Below are positions 44,130-56,873 of a DNA stretch of 64,000 nucleotides, piece by piece. How positions within the stretch are numbered: position 1 is the stretch's first letter; the number at the start of each line of letters is the position of its first letter. The notes under the pieces were generated by a model that saw only the letters and a program-made list of their open reading frames with translations, was not told the DNA's origin and did not search any database. The translations under genes were made by a program, and so were the position numbers. The DNA is from Lama guanicoe (taxonomy: Eukaryota). The stretch spans positions 649,717-713,716 of the forward strand of contig MU056898.1 of the NCBI GenBank assembly GCA_013239625.1, given 5' to 3'.

Positions 44130-45900
44130 TCATACGCTCGCTGTGACACAATGGCAGGCTCCCAGGAAGTCACGATGCTAGGGCAGAGAGGCCCTGGCAC
44201 CCTCACCCCGTCTCCTCCAGTGGTTACGCCTCACGTGACAATTGTGCAATATCGAAACCAGGAGACCGATGTCGGGGTGCAGGGTGCATATGTAGTTCTG
44301 GGTCACATCATCTCATGTGTAGACCTGTGTAACCAGCATTGCAGTCAAGACACATGATGGCCCTGACACCCCAGAGATGTCCTCATCCTGCCCCTTGACG
44401 TCACGCCCACCTCCCTCCCCACCCACCACCCCTCACTCCTGGAAACCACTGATTTTCCTCCATCTCTGGAATGTTGGCATCTTGACAGTGTCATGTAAAT
44501 GGAGTCGTGTGGTGTGTGACCTCGGGGTTGTCTCCTTCCGTTCTTTCTCGTGAGGTCCATCCTGGCTGTCGCTTGTGTCTGTAGTTCCTCCCCCTCAGAC
44601 TGTGTTACTGCCTACTGCCCACTGTGATATGTTGTATTTTTTAATGCATTTTTAATGCATTTTTTGGACCCGTGATTGTTTGGAATCGTGTTGTTTGGTT
44701 TCTAAGAGTTAAAGATTTTCCCGTTGTTTTTGTTGTCGACGTCTAGTTTGACTCCACAGAATGCACTCAATAACCTCATTTCTTGGACGTTTGTTGAGGT
44801 TTGCTGTGTGGCCCACGATGTGGTCTGTCTACACGTGGGCTCCGTGGACATTTGGAGAGACGGGCATTCTGAGGCCGGGTGGAGCGTTCCACGAATGTCC
44901 CTTGGCGCCTGTCGGTTGTTGGTGGTCTGAGTTCTTTCGTGCCCCTGCTGACCTTCTGTCCCGCTGCTCCATCAGTTGTTGGGAGAAGGGTGTTGATGTC
45001 TCCAATGTAATTGTGGGTTTCTTGGTTTCCCCTGTCAGCTCTGTCGGGTGTCACCTCACGTGTTTTCCAGCTCTGCTTGGTGGACACACATTTAGGACTG
45101 CTGTCTTGTTGGGGGCCGGACCCTTACAATCATTACGTAATGTCCCATTCTGTTCTGTCAGTTTCCCTTCTCTGCTTTGTCTGATGTTAGTTCAGATTAA
45201 CGATTTGATGAATGTTTTTTGATGAATGTTTCAATGGCATCTCTCTCTATCCTTTTACTTTCGAGTTTCTTACAGACAGCATGTGGATGGGTCACGCTTT
45301 TTCATCCGCTTTGCTAGTCTCCGTCTTCTGATTGGTTTGTTTGGATCGTTTACGTTTAATGTAATTATTGGTATGTTAGTATCTAACTCGCCAATCTTGC
45401 TTTGTGTGTGACCTGGTCACCACTGGATGGTGAGAGTCCTGGCCCTCCAGTTGGCCTCCTCTGACACACCTTCCCCCACCCCCAGCCCCAGTGAGGAGGG
45501 GTGGGCACCTTGCTGCAGCCTGGCAGGCTGGGGTCCAGGCTCCCCAGCAGTGTTTCCTGCGCTCTTTCCCTGGGCCGGAGCAGTTACTGTACGTGCATTT
45601 TCTGCCTTGTTAGGCTGCCCCTTTTTGCCAGAGAGCAGAGGCTTTTCCTGTCCCTGCCCACTGCCTTGTCCAGCGTGGGCCCCTGCAGCAGCCAGGCCAG
45701 GGCATGCAAGGCAAAGGAGAACTGGAGGAGCCCCCTGCTTGTCGTTGTCTGGATCCTGAGGTCCCGGCTAGTCTTCCTCCTCCTCTCCACCTTTCCGAGT
45801 CTTTTTGTGTTTGCTTTACATGCAGTGACCGAGGTTTTTAGCTGTACTGAGCAGGAGGAATAGGGAAAAGTGAGTGTACTCCGTATTTCTGGAAGCAGAA
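44130..45900 (-). mobile_element. LINE-1 fragments (3' end ~44130-44620; ORF2 endonuclease region ~44690-45410)
   Basis: Minus-strand peptide IGDINTLL resembles L1 endonuclease VGDFNTPL; L1M 3'UTR tracts. Confidence 0.72.
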
Positions 45901-46927
45901 TTCCCATGACTGGATTTCTTCTCTTTCCTAATGACTGTGTATTAACTGACTTACTCACTGAACACTCATCAAGAGCCAGGCATCTCTCCTGCCAACTGTG
46001 GGCATGTGGCTGGCTTTCCAGGCATCCCTCAGTGGGACGCACACTTTGAATTGTCTTTTCAGTGGTGGCAGCTGGGTTTGTTCAGACATTCAGACTCTTC
46101 TGAGCACCACAAGCCCCTTGAAAGGAGAAGGACGCCTCCAAGATAACTGGCTAATTCGGGTGCGGGCCGATGCTGGAAGTGGGGTAACTGTAGCACTGGC
46201 CGACCTGTGCGGCCGTTTCCCCATGAGGCTTCTGAGCACGGTCTTAACCGTACACTTTCAGGTTGTGTGGCTTCACAGACAAGGAAAAGGCTTTTTCAAG
46301 TGAGGACATTGAAAACAAAACTTTGGAATACCCTAACCCTTCCATCACCATTTCATAAAAGGACTGTATGTGTCCAAAACAGTAGGAAGGACACAATTTC
46401 AAAATACAGGAGAGTTGTAAACATTAAATAAACTTAGTTTTGTGAAAAATTGATAGTCTTTCTTCTAAACTCACCACGGGCTGGTGAAAAATTCATCCAC
46501 AGATAAGCGTTCGGGAACCATAGCTCGGACTAACTGAGCCTTAGTTGAGAAGAATTTTAAAAGGACATTAGACTATGATGAGGTGTGGTGTCAGAAACAT
46601 GGGCTTTCCCACGCGGACGTGGAGGAGAACACGTCGTGTTGGCACCTTCCAGACTCGCTGCTGACAGGACTGATTTGTGGAGCAGCGTTTGCGGCTGGCG
46701 GGGGTGGGTGCTGTTGGCGCTTTGGGTGGCAGTTCCTAGCTGTGTGGGTGGTCCTGCCCCTAATGAGGCAGGTGACATCCAGACCTCCCTCACCCCCCCC
46801 GCGCCCGCACACACAGTGCCCTGATTGGGAACTAGACGGCTTTTAAAACGCCTCTCAACTCAGTGTCTCACTGGGTGTCTGTGTGCACGGTGTGTGTGTC
46901 CGTGCGTGTGGTCCTTCTGTCCTTCAG

Positions 46928-47041
46928 TCATTACACATGCAGAAGAGTGATGTGGATCTGATGAGAACAAAGCTTCGGCGCTTAGAAGAGGAAAACAGCC
47001 GAAAGGACCGGCAGATAGAACAGCTCTTGGATCCGTCCCGG
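46928..47041 (+). CDS. IQCE: IQCE exon 7 (114 nt)
   Basis: SLHMQKSDVDLMRTKLRRLEEENSRKDRQIEQLLDPSR; cttcag| and CGG|GTAGGT. Confidence 0.95.
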
Positions 47042-47168
47042 GTAGGTTCCTGGCCTGCGCGGCGGTGTCCAGATGCTGGTGGGGGGGGGGGGATGCAGGG
47101 CCCTCGGCCGACTCACGAGGGGGCGCTAAACCACACCTTGTCTTCATTTCTCCATCTGCTCACTGCAG

Positions 47169-47219
47169 GGCCCGGATTTTGTTCGGACTCTGGCAGAGAA
47201 AAGGCCTGACACTGGCTGG
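47169..47219 (+). CDS. IQCE: IQCE exon 8 (51 nt)
   Basis: GPDFVRTLAEKRPDTGW; ctgcag| and TGG|GTGAGT. Confidence 0.94.
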
Positions 47220-48363
47220 GTGAGTATAATCTCAGAACAGGTAACCTGTCCTCTGAAATCTGGTGTTAGAAGCAGCCTTTAGAGGAGTGGCAGGTTTCAG
47301 GAGGGGCTCGGGGGGAGGCTAGTAGGCTTACCATTGGCCCAAAGGCTGCTGTAGGAAAGGGTCATCACAGAGGGGGACTGAAAAAAAACACATCAGACTT
47401 AACAGATGACACTGATTTAAAACAGGGAAACAAAGCAGGAATATAATTAGGGCCTTAAAACACATACGAACCCCTCTTGTGTTTTGTGTAATAATACATC
47501 ACAGATTGAATGGAACAAAATTATGGAAAGTGGAACCACTGTACCATAATGCCGTGGCAATAAACTATAGCAGTTGGAGAAAAACGTATCGCAATAAATC
47601 TCGTATGAGTCAAGGAAACACATGTTTATAAGAAATCAAAAATGCTAAAAGAAAACCGGCAGGGATTCAACGTTGAGATCGTTGAACACAAAATCACATT
47701 AATGATGTGATTAATGGGTTTGAGAACATAAATTTAAAATTTACAATAAAACCCATAAGACTACAATGGAAAGTGGGTCAGTGTAAGGGGGAGGGGGCAG
47801 AGGGCGGGCACTGCTGATGAACACAGCGGAGTTTTTCTCCAGAATATGCAACGAATCCCTGCAAATCGATAAGGAATAAAAGCGGTCTACTCTGAATAAA
47901 GGATTACAGCCTAGCTCTCTGCTGAAACAGCACAAAGTAAATGCTTAAGTGCTTGCGAACCAATCGATGTATTTCCGCAATAAGTAGTTTTTAAATAACA
48001 GAACTCTTAAACGCTGTAGAGTTGTACAGTTTGCACATTGGACTTTTTGTCATGGGGACGTCAATTCCCATTTTTAAAATCAGGAAGCTGAGGTTGAGAG
48101 CTTTACCCAAACGGCTCACAGTGAGTGACCGTATGCTCTGTGAAGGCCGGGACGATGTGACCGTGTGCAGTGACGATCTGTGACACTGTGCCTGCTGGTG
48201 GTTGAATAATGCTCTTTTTAGGACTATGTCTCAAGAAAGAAATCCAGTACAAGAAGCCATCTGCACAAGGATATTTATAGCTGTCCAGTTTAGGGGGAAA
48301 CTTGAGGTGAAGCCAGTCACATTGGAATACCGCTGTATCAAAACATGTTCCGAAAGACATTTT

Positions 48364-48366
<3 letters not shown>

Positions 48367-48398
<32 letters not shown>
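48367..48398. repeat. (AT)16 microsatellite
   Basis: Seen directly. Confidence 0.95.
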
Positions 48399-48404
<6 letters not shown>

Positions 48405-48407
48405 GTA

Positions 48408-48510
48408 CAGCTACGTTTAGAAATGTCTATATGATTAATTTGGTGAGGATGTAGAATTCAGCTATGTTTAGAAATGTCTATATGATTAATTTGGTGAGGA
48501 TGTAGAATTC
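48408..48510. repeat. 51-bp tandem duplication
   Basis: CAGCTA(C/T)GTTTAGAAATGTCTATATGATTAATTTGGTGAGGATGTAGAATT x2. Confidence 0.95.
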
Positions 48511-49695
48511 TATAAATAATGAATGCTTGTACAGAGAAAAGGCTTTTTGCATTTTTGTTCTGATGCTGTGTTTTTTTTTAAATTAAAGTGGGTTAAAAGT
48601 AGACATTGTAGATCGCAAGGGTGTGGGCAGTTTTCCCTCTGCTGCCCTTTGCCAGACCTCTGCCCTGTGACGGAACGCTTGTGCTCGTCCTCATCTGCCC
48701 TGGAGAAGCACTTGCGTGTGCGCACAGGGAGTTTCCATTGAAGGGGTTTGTAGTAGCACAAACTGGTAACGTATCAGTATCTGTCAGCAGGGTGGGGAAC
48801 TGGACCGTGTATGTTCCTGTCCTGGAAGGAGGACATAAGTCCGCAGGAACTGGCTGGGCAGAGTAGCAAGACAGTTTGTTGAGTGGAAAAAAAAATGCAG
48901 GTTGCAGAAAGATATGTGTGGGAGGATCCCACTTGTGTAAACAGATGTACAAATGCCAGAATCTCTGTGGTTGTGCACACGTGTGTGCATGCGTAAGCTA
49001 AGGTCTATACACAAAGTTGATAATGACATTTAGTTGAGAGGGGTGAGGTCAAAGGCTGTAGTTTCATCTATAATTCTTTTTACAAGAAAATATATTCAAG
49101 TATTACTAGGATAACGAAAAACGACCTTAAAATCCAATTAAAAAGTTGTTTGACTGCTGAAGAAGAAAAAACGGGGTGTTCTTTGGGGAATATACGGGTG
49201 TTATCTCCCAGAGCCTGCACTAACGGAGCAGGAAGCAGCCAGGCGGGAGGTCCCTCAGGGCCGCCCTGGCCTGGGCCCGGCGGCCCGGCCGCCTCCAGCC
49301 CTGCTCCCTCCCCGCGCGGTGCTGTGGACCGAGTTGTCACGGGCCTCGGCTCCTGGGTTTTGTATCTAAACCCCAGTGTAGGTGCTGTCCCCCGTCCGCA
49401 GTGCGAGTGTGGAGTGGGCTGGAGGGGGAAGGCTGCAGCTTTGTGGGGGCACCCCCGTACCTCCGCTTACTCTCCACTCTGCTCTGGTGGGCGGGACGGC
49501 TGGCCCCCTCTCTCCTGGCTGCACCTGGAGCCTGGAAGAGACGCCGGCGAGTGAACGGGCAGGACTGGGGATGCTGCCCTGTCCGCCGGCAGGGGACACC
49601 CAACCCAGCCTGCGGACAGGGCGGTCTGCGTCTTGGGGGCGTTGGGGGGGGACCGCAGGGACGGTCAGCTTGACGCGGTGGTGTCCCGTTGGCAG

Positions 49696-49766
49696 GTGAT
49701 CAACGGGCTGAAGCAGCGGATTCTCAAGTTGGAGCAGCAGTGCAAGGAGAAGGACAGCACCATCAA
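49696..49766 (+). CDS. IQCE: IQCE exon 9 (71 nt)
   Basis: VINGLKQRILKLEQQCKEKDSTI; tggcag| and CAA|GTACGG. Confidence 0.93.
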
Positions 49767-50821
49767 GTACGGGGAGGCGGCGGGCGGGGCGGGGCGGGGC
49801 CTGGGCTGAGGCCGGCTGGGCCGCACGCATGCGCACACGCACGTGCACGCGCATCCTGCGGCTCTCACCACCCGCGTTCGCCGTCTCCGCAGCTGCCTCT
49901 GCGCTTCCCACGTCCATCCTCCGCCCACGTCCCTGTCCCAGCTTCACCCTTCTGCTCCCTCTTCCAGACGTCACCAAGGAACAGTGTTCCTTCTCCCTAA
50001 TCCTTCCTTGTCCTGTTACGCTGGAGAAACGCTTTCCCTCCTTCGTCTTCTGTGACCACGTCTTACTCCGGCGTGAACTTTAGGGACCTCGATGCGAGCC
50101 GTGAGCGCTCGGCCACGCGCTCGCCGGCTGCCTGTCTTTGCTGTGCGGTGCCCCACCTACCCTGGCGCTGTTTCTAGTGCTGCTACACAGACTCCTTTCC
50201 TGCTGTTGGGTCACCAAGGGAGAGTCTTTCCCCCCTGTGTCTGAGTTTATCTAAGGAAATCTACGTTTTCACTTTCTACTGCCCCCTGTACCCTCTTTAT
50301 ACACTAGCTCTCCCTCCCTTTTGTCTCTGCTGAAATTGTCGGCTTTAAGCATTTATTGTTGGCTGGGCTTTTCTGGTTCAGATTGCTGCACTCGGTGACT
50401 TGACTTTCCTTTCTCTGTTAGAGCCTTGTGCCTAAAGTCTGTGAAAAGTTGAGGACAAGAACATCTCCCCACCTTCCCCAAAGATGACTTGTCCTGTCTA
50501 ACCCTGAGGTCTTTCTCCATAGTTACTCCAGTTTTTAAAGACAGCCTCTTAAAGCAGAGACTGTCCCCTGGGAGTCTGTTACCTCAGCCTGGAAAGTGGC
50601 TGGTCCCACATGGAAGGGCCCTGTGGGGGCGGGAGTTCTCTCCTCATCCGTCTTGTGCAAGGCCTCCTGCCAGCTGAGGGCCGGCCCAGGCTCCCCCCAC
50701 CCACCCAGCCGGCTCTCTTCCAAAGCCCGTCCTTGTCCGGTGTTCTGGGAAACACACTTCCTCCTGCTGTGCCTGGGAGTGCTGGCAGTCTGCCACGTTA
50801 ACTCTGAACTTGGGTTTTCAG

Positions 50822-50894
50822 CAAACTGCAGACTGACATGAAGACTACCAACTTGGAGGAGATGAGGGTCGCCATGGAGACGTATTACGAGGAG
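50822..50894 (+). CDS. IQCE: IQCE exon 10 (73 nt)
   Basis: KLQTDMKTTNLEEMRVAMETYYEE; tttcag| and GAG|GTGTGT. Confidence 0.95.
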
Positions 50895-51118
50895 GTGTGT
50901 GCCCTCTCGCCCAGAGCAGGGTGCGGGCTGGGAGAGTGCGGGCGGGTGCGTGCTGGCCTGGCTGCGTGCGCCGTGGGAACCTCCTCTGGTCCATCTCAGC
51001 TTGAACACAGCGCTTACTTGCTGCCCGGGCAGAAGCTGGGACTGAGCCCCGGGTTCTCAGAGGAAGGTCTCTGCTGGTCTCGTGTTGTATTTACTGCACT
51101 TTACCTTGATGTTTACAG

Positions 51119-51168
51119 ACTCGTCGTCTCCAGACTCTCCTGGCAAGTTCTGAAACGACAGGGAAGAC
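51119..51168 (+). CDS. IQCE: IQCE exon 11 (50 nt)
   Basis: TRRLQTLLASSETTGK; ttacag| and GAC|GTATGA. Confidence 0.92.
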
Positions 51169-51757
51169 GTATGAGCCTCTCTTTGGGAGCCATGTTTTGT
51201 GGGTTGCCTTCCCGGTCAGCTGCCCTCAGTGGTGCAGGCCTTGCGTGGAGACCGCAGACACTGCCCAAAACTTAGGAGCAGCGCCCTGCTGTGTTCATGG
51301 CTAGAGCCGATGCTTCCCCCTGGGACGGTGCAGCTGTGGCCTCGCTACAGCCACGCGCTGATGCCGGACAGCGTGTTCCGCGCTCAAACTGCTTAACGTT
51401 TCCAGCAGAGCATTAGGAAACAGACCTAATTTCAAAGCAGACCTTCCTTCCAGGAAGGCACTTAGTACCAAGTATGAGTTCACCTTGCCACGCGGGTTTC
51501 CTAGGAGAGACAGCAGAGTTTCCTTATCTGGTCGATTTCCTGTACCCCTTGGCCCTTTCCGAGACGACATTGCGCTTTTAACAGACTCAGGATGGAGTGG
51601 CCACTGTCATAGATTTGGTTGTGGCCCCGGCCCCTGCAGTGAGTCGCTGACACTGCTGAGCACGGACACTGCCAGGCACGCTCTCCCCTTTTTTTGTTTC
51701 CCCCTAGTCGTTTAGAATGGGGGTTGGCAAACTCTGTAAAGGGCCAGGCAGGAGTCA

Positions 51758-52247
51758 CAGTCGATTCCCGTTGCTCCTGGAGTGGTCACAGCATTTCCGT
51801 CAGCCAGGCAGCATGAAACCTGCCTTTGTGTGTGTTCCTGTTGACGGACACCGTATTTCGTGTACATTGTTGGTTCATCAACGCTGCATGCACGACCAGC
51901 TGCGCTGTGACTCGGGCTGAACAAAGCTGGTCTAACACACATGTGTGGTTCCTCCTGAGTCACTTACTTTTAGTGACTGCAAACTGCACTGCAAGGACCA
52001 TTTAAAATGGTGAAACCGCCAACAGAGAGCACAAACGTGAGACACCAGGTAGACCACGAAAACCACCCTACTGACAGCACAAGATCTGAGACCAGAGGTG
52101 CCCGCCCAGGGCTCAGACACACCTCCCCTCTGCCCGTGCCTCAGAGTGACCACAGAGGCACACAGCTGTCGATTTGGGGGTTACGAATACATGTTAGCGA
52201 GAAGGCGAATTTGCAGATTTGGAATCTATGAATAATGGGGAGCGACT
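51758..52247. mobile_element. TcMar-Tigger-like DNA transposon
   Basis: Imperfect terminal inverted repeats CAGTCGATTCCCGTT ... AATAATGGGGAGCGACTA; subterminal GGCGAATTTGCAGATTTGGAATC. Confidence 0.55.
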
Positions 52248-52593
52248 ATTTTAGACTTTGTGGAATAAGAGACAAAATCAAAACTAGTATCTCGGTACGT
52301 TTGGAACAATAGAGACAAGAAATTTCCATGCATTTTTTAGTGGCACTATTTAAAACCGACTACTAATGGCTGGATGCAGTATTTTGCTACACGGGTTTGC
52401 TAATGAGGAGGGTTGGGGGGGATAACAGCTTCCCGTCTGGGGTTCAAAGTTAGTGTTCCCTGTTAAGCTGCAAACATTAGTCTGCAGAAACCGCTCTGAG
52501 CCCCCAGGACATCACACGCCTACCCCTCAGTCTGGACGTGGATTGAGCCAGTTGAGGAACTCAGCCTTGGCCACTTGGTCTTGTTGCTCCTAG

Positions 52594-52757
52594 GCCTCCA
52601 GTGGAGAAGAAAATCGGCCTTAAAAAGCAGAAAAAAATGAGCAGTGCCTTCCTGAGCTTGTCCCGCAGCGTCCAGGAGCTCACAGAGGAGAACCAGAGCC
52701 TGAAGGAAGACCTGGACCGCATGCTGAGCAACTCCCCCACCATCTCCAAGATAAAGG
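52594..52757 (+). CDS. IQCE: IQCE exon 12 (164 nt)
   Basis: PPVEKKIGLKKQKKMSSAFLSLSRSVQELTEENQSLKEDLDRMLSNSPTISKIK; tcctag| and AGG|GTACCT. Confidence 0.93.
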
Positions 52758-54323
52758 GTACCTGCTTCCCAGAACCACCAAGGTGGGGGCGGGGGGAGTA
52801 GATGCCAGCAGAGGGTCCATGTCCCATGCCCCCAGCGGGAAGATGTGGTGCCTGCCAGAGGGTCCCGGCCCTCCCTCCCTCCTTCCCTCCCAGCCACCAA
52901 GGCCTGTTTCACTGTCTGCAGATGCAGACCACTGGGCCACACTGCTTCAAAGTGTATTCCAAAACGTGGTGCTTTGTGCCAGGCACTGTTCTAGACACTG
53001 GAGGTAGAGTAGAAGGAACATGTGCGGATCCCCGAGGAGGTGCGTCCTAGCGGGCAGAGGAGAAGCCAGCAGGTCAAATGCGCCTGCATCAGCTGGGAAT
53101 AGCGCTGTGAAGCATAGTAACAGGGGAAGGAGGCAGCGGGTCAGGGGCTGTGGTGTGCACCTGTGATGGGGTCCGGGAAGGCCCCATGACACAGCAACAG
53201 CTGAGCACAGGCCTGGTGGGGAGGGACAGCCACGCCCACAGCGGGGGAAGGGCACTCCAGGCTGGGGAGCAGCGGGCACAGAGGCCCTGAGTGTGCCTGG
53301 CAGGTTTGCAGGCCAGTGAGGCGGCCCAGTGCCCAGCCAGGTAGCGGTGGGAGTCGTGGCAATAAAGACAGAAGTGGGGGCAGGCGAGAAACAGGGCCTT
53401 GATGGTCACTCAAAGGACAGAGGGTTTGAGCAGAGGTGAGAAGTGTCTGACTTGTCTCTCAAGGACCCCCTCTTCTGAGCTGGGTGGACGCTGTGTGGGG
53501 GAGGGGGGACCGGGAAGACAAAAGCTTCCTCATGGTCCTTGTAGGGGCTGCTGTGGCCCGGACCAGGTGGCGCTGAGGGCTGAGAGATGGCCAGGTGCTC
53601 CATGCATTCGGAGATTGGGTGTGGCCTGTGAGACGGGGAGTCTCTCTGCAGTTTTTGTCTGAGCTGAGAGGACAGAGGTGCCCTTGACTGCAGCGGGGGG
53701 GAACGGGGAGGGTCTGCGGGTGTCCTCTTCCAGGGCCCAGGGGGGTCAGACGCATCAGTGAGTCAGGGCAGGGCCTCGGCAGGAGAGAGAAAGCTGCGGG
53801 TCGTCAGGGGTCAGAGGGCCTGGTGAGAGTCAGACCCCGTAGTGAGTGGGCAGAGCGGAGGGGAGGGATCACACCGTGGTGCCCAGAGGGCAGAGGTGCT
53901 GGGGGCGTCTGGAAGGCCAGGGGAAGGAAGTGTTGGGGGGAAGATGTGCTGATGAGCCCAGGAGGATGAGGGTTGAGACTGGAGCTTTGGATTTGGCAGA
54001 GTGACCCCACCAGTGAGCTTCAGAAGGACCATCTTGATGGGCTGGTGGGGCCCTAGCCTGCTGGGGACAGAGTCAGGGGAGGGGTCACTCTGAGCATCGG
54101 GAGACCATTAGTGCCCATGACTGCAGGGAAGGGGATGGCTGTGTCACCCTGGAGCCGCCCTTTGCCACAGATCTGCTGGGTGTGGAGCTCCCGCCTTGCA
54201 GGGGCCAGCCAGTGGAGGGGAGCTGTCAGGCTGTGCTCCAGACAGGGGGTTGGGGGGTCCTCGTGAAGGGGCCCCTCGGGAGGGCTGTACGAAGAGTGAC
54301 CGTCCAACCCCGTTTGCCCTCAG

Positions 54324-54379
54324 GTTACGTGGAGTGGAGTAAGCCCCGGCTGCTCCGGCGGATCGCAGAGCTGGAGAAA
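54324..54379 (+). CDS. IQCE: IQCE exon 13 (56 nt)
   Basis: GYVEWSKPRLLRRIAELEK; cctcag| and AAA|GTGAGT. Confidence 0.95.
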
Positions 54380-55541
54380 GTGAGTGGTGGGCGTGTCACG
54401 TCACCTTCCCTGCTCAGGACCGCCCTGCGAGAGTGCTGGGGCATCAGAATGCGGGGGACAGATGGGGGTCTTATGGAGGGAGACAGGTCTCATGGAGCGT
54501 GTAAACAGTGGCTGTCTGTCTCCGGACGGCACACGGGATGCGCTGGCGAGAGGAGGCTCCTAGGGTCCAGGCAAGACCTAATGGCCGTGTCACTCCTGTC
54601 CCTCGCGTCACAGGTGTCAAGGTGTGCTCACCCCACACACCATTTCCAACTTCCGTGTGCAACCGTAGTGGGTGCATGGAATCCCAGAGCCTGTCAGAAA
54701 CCCAGCCCGACGTACATCCACCCGCCCCGGGGGCTTTTTACTGCCCGTCACTTACCAGATGGTTTCGCTCACCACTTGTTTACTGTCTGAACTCACAGAA
54801 AACTGTGCATCCACACTTTGCCATTCAGAAAAGTTAGGAAGTTAACATTTCCTCGCAGCCCCCGACCCCGTGAATTTGCACGTGTAATCAGGGCGATGCT
54901 GTTGAAGTTGATCAGAACGGCCGATGTCTTTCGAGTACTGGTCAGATATCAAGTTAGAGCTGTCAGTTGTCTGGCTGAGCAGAATAAACAGAGAGAGGAA
55001 CATAAAAAATAACAATTTCACGTGTTTACAAAGCAGAAGACTTAAGAAGTTTAGTTGAGGGTAGTTTAAAAGTAAAGCCTGTTAGGAAAGAAAGGCCCCC
55101 AGAGGTCCAGGAGCGGGCAGGGCAGCGCCTTTCCACACACCCGGAGATGCTGCCCGGCGGGAACCTGAAGCTGCTGGTGTCCACGGCCGGCAGAGCAGGG
55201 CTGACGGAAGAGCAGAAGGGCTGAAAGTTCCAGACGTTTAGGGAGATAAGAGGATCGATGAGTGCAAAGAAAAGCGGTTTATGGATTCACCTCCCTTCGC
55301 CCTCACTCTCTAAGGCCGGGTCTGCGCTCCCCGCTCCGCTCCGGGGGTGGGAGGGAGTGCTGGTGGGCGCCCTGCCCTCTGCCCCCGGGACTCTGGCGGA
55401 GCAGAGCTGCCCCCGGCCAGCGTCCCAGGCCCTCAGGCCCTGCGCAGAGCTCTTCCCAGTCCCTTGCTCGGGATGGCCACGGTCTCCTTTCTGGGAGAGT
55501 GAAATAAGAAATAACGTCTAACAGATGTCTGTTGCCTCCAG

Positions 55542-55750
55542 AAAATAAGTTCGATGGAAAGCCTCAAATCCCACGCCTCAGAGGTGGTCAGGTCCAACCC
55601 TCCTGCTCACTCCACGTCCAGCTCCGTGGGGCCCCGGCAGATGCGCCCGGACCGGCCGGACCGGCAGGAGGAGAGCGAGCGTCTGCGGGGGGCGGTGAAG
55701 AGTCTGAAAGGCGAGCGGAATGCCCTGCACACCCAGCTGCAGGAAAAGGA
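55542..55750 (+). CDS. IQCE: IQCE exon 14 (209 nt)
   Basis: KISSMESLKSHASEVVRSNPP...ERLRGAVKSLKGERNALHTQLQEK; ctccag| and GGA|GTACGT. Confidence 0.92.
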
Positions 55751-55809
55751 GTACGTTGTCCGTTGTGCGGCACCGCTGGTGCCTGGCCTCGGGGAGAGGG
55801 CCTGCTCCC

Positions 55810-56078
55810 GCCCACCTGGGGCTGGAGAGATGGGGGTCCTCGGGCTCCGCCCACCTAGGGGCTGTGAGATGCGGGCCCTTAGTTCCCTCCGACGTAGGGC
55901 TGTGAGATGCAGGCCCCACCCACCAGGGGCTGTGAGAGATGCAGGCTGTCAGGCCCCACTCACCTGGGGCTGGAGAGATGCAGGCCCCACCCACCTGGGG
56001 GCTGGGCAGAGGCAGGCCCCACCCACCTGGGGGCTGGAGAGATGTGCTCCCTCGGGCCCCGCCCACCTTGGGGCTGGT
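55810..56078. repeat. GC-rich minisatellite, about 8 degenerate 30-42 bp units
   Basis: Core CCACCTGGGGCTGGAGAGATGCAGGCCCCAC recurring. Confidence 0.85.
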
Positions 56079-56873
56079 TATGTCAGCCTGGCCCAGATCT
56101 TCTGACTCCAGCTCTGCTCACAGTGAGACCCCCTGGTGACTAGTTCACACGGTTAGATCTGAAAAGGACCTGTCTCTGCTGCCTTCTGGTCACAGCAGAA
56201 CAGTGTGTCACACCCCACCTGCTTTTTCACCTCCAGTCCAAGTGTAACATCCACGCAATGATGGGGTCTTGTAGAAACAGGCTGTCATTTTGAACGGTAG
56301 CTAGCGTCTCTGACCTCTTAGCCCGTCGTTTGAACAGCTCCTGTTCATGGAGCGCTGACTGACGTCAGCACCACAGTAAGCAGTGGCTGTCTTAAAGCCA
56401 CATGTCACCCTTGCGGCTCAGGAAGCCCATCTAAGCCATTTGGTTGGAGGCGCCTGGTACCCCTTGTCCTCCAGCCTCAGCTCAGGCTGTGCCACCACCC
56501 AGTCGGTGGCGGGCCCATGGCAGCACTCATCTCAGGGACAGGTAAGCACTAATTGTGAGACCGCTGGGTGAATGCCTCTCCCCCAGGACAGTGAGGCCTG
56601 TGAGAGCAGGGCCAGCACCTACCCAGTGGCTCCGCACCTGACAGTTGCTGGCACACAGCAGGTGCCCAGTAAACACCTGAATGAGCTGGCATCAGGAGTC
56701 GGGTCTGCTCCCGGCTCCCTGCCATTACCAAGAAGGGCTTTTCTCCACCCTCCCATCATGAGTACGGAGGTTACACACGTATTTTCTTGAAAGCTCTTCC
56801 TGCTCTGTGATGACCTGGGTAATGGTGAGCAGAGGTTTTAATGGTGCTGAAATGTCTCTGGTTCCTTGTTCAG

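Noticed and set aside
55810-56078. Repeat-spacer-like array resembling CRISPR
   Set aside because: Eukaryotic intron, degenerate units with no unique spacers and no cas genes; a minisatellite
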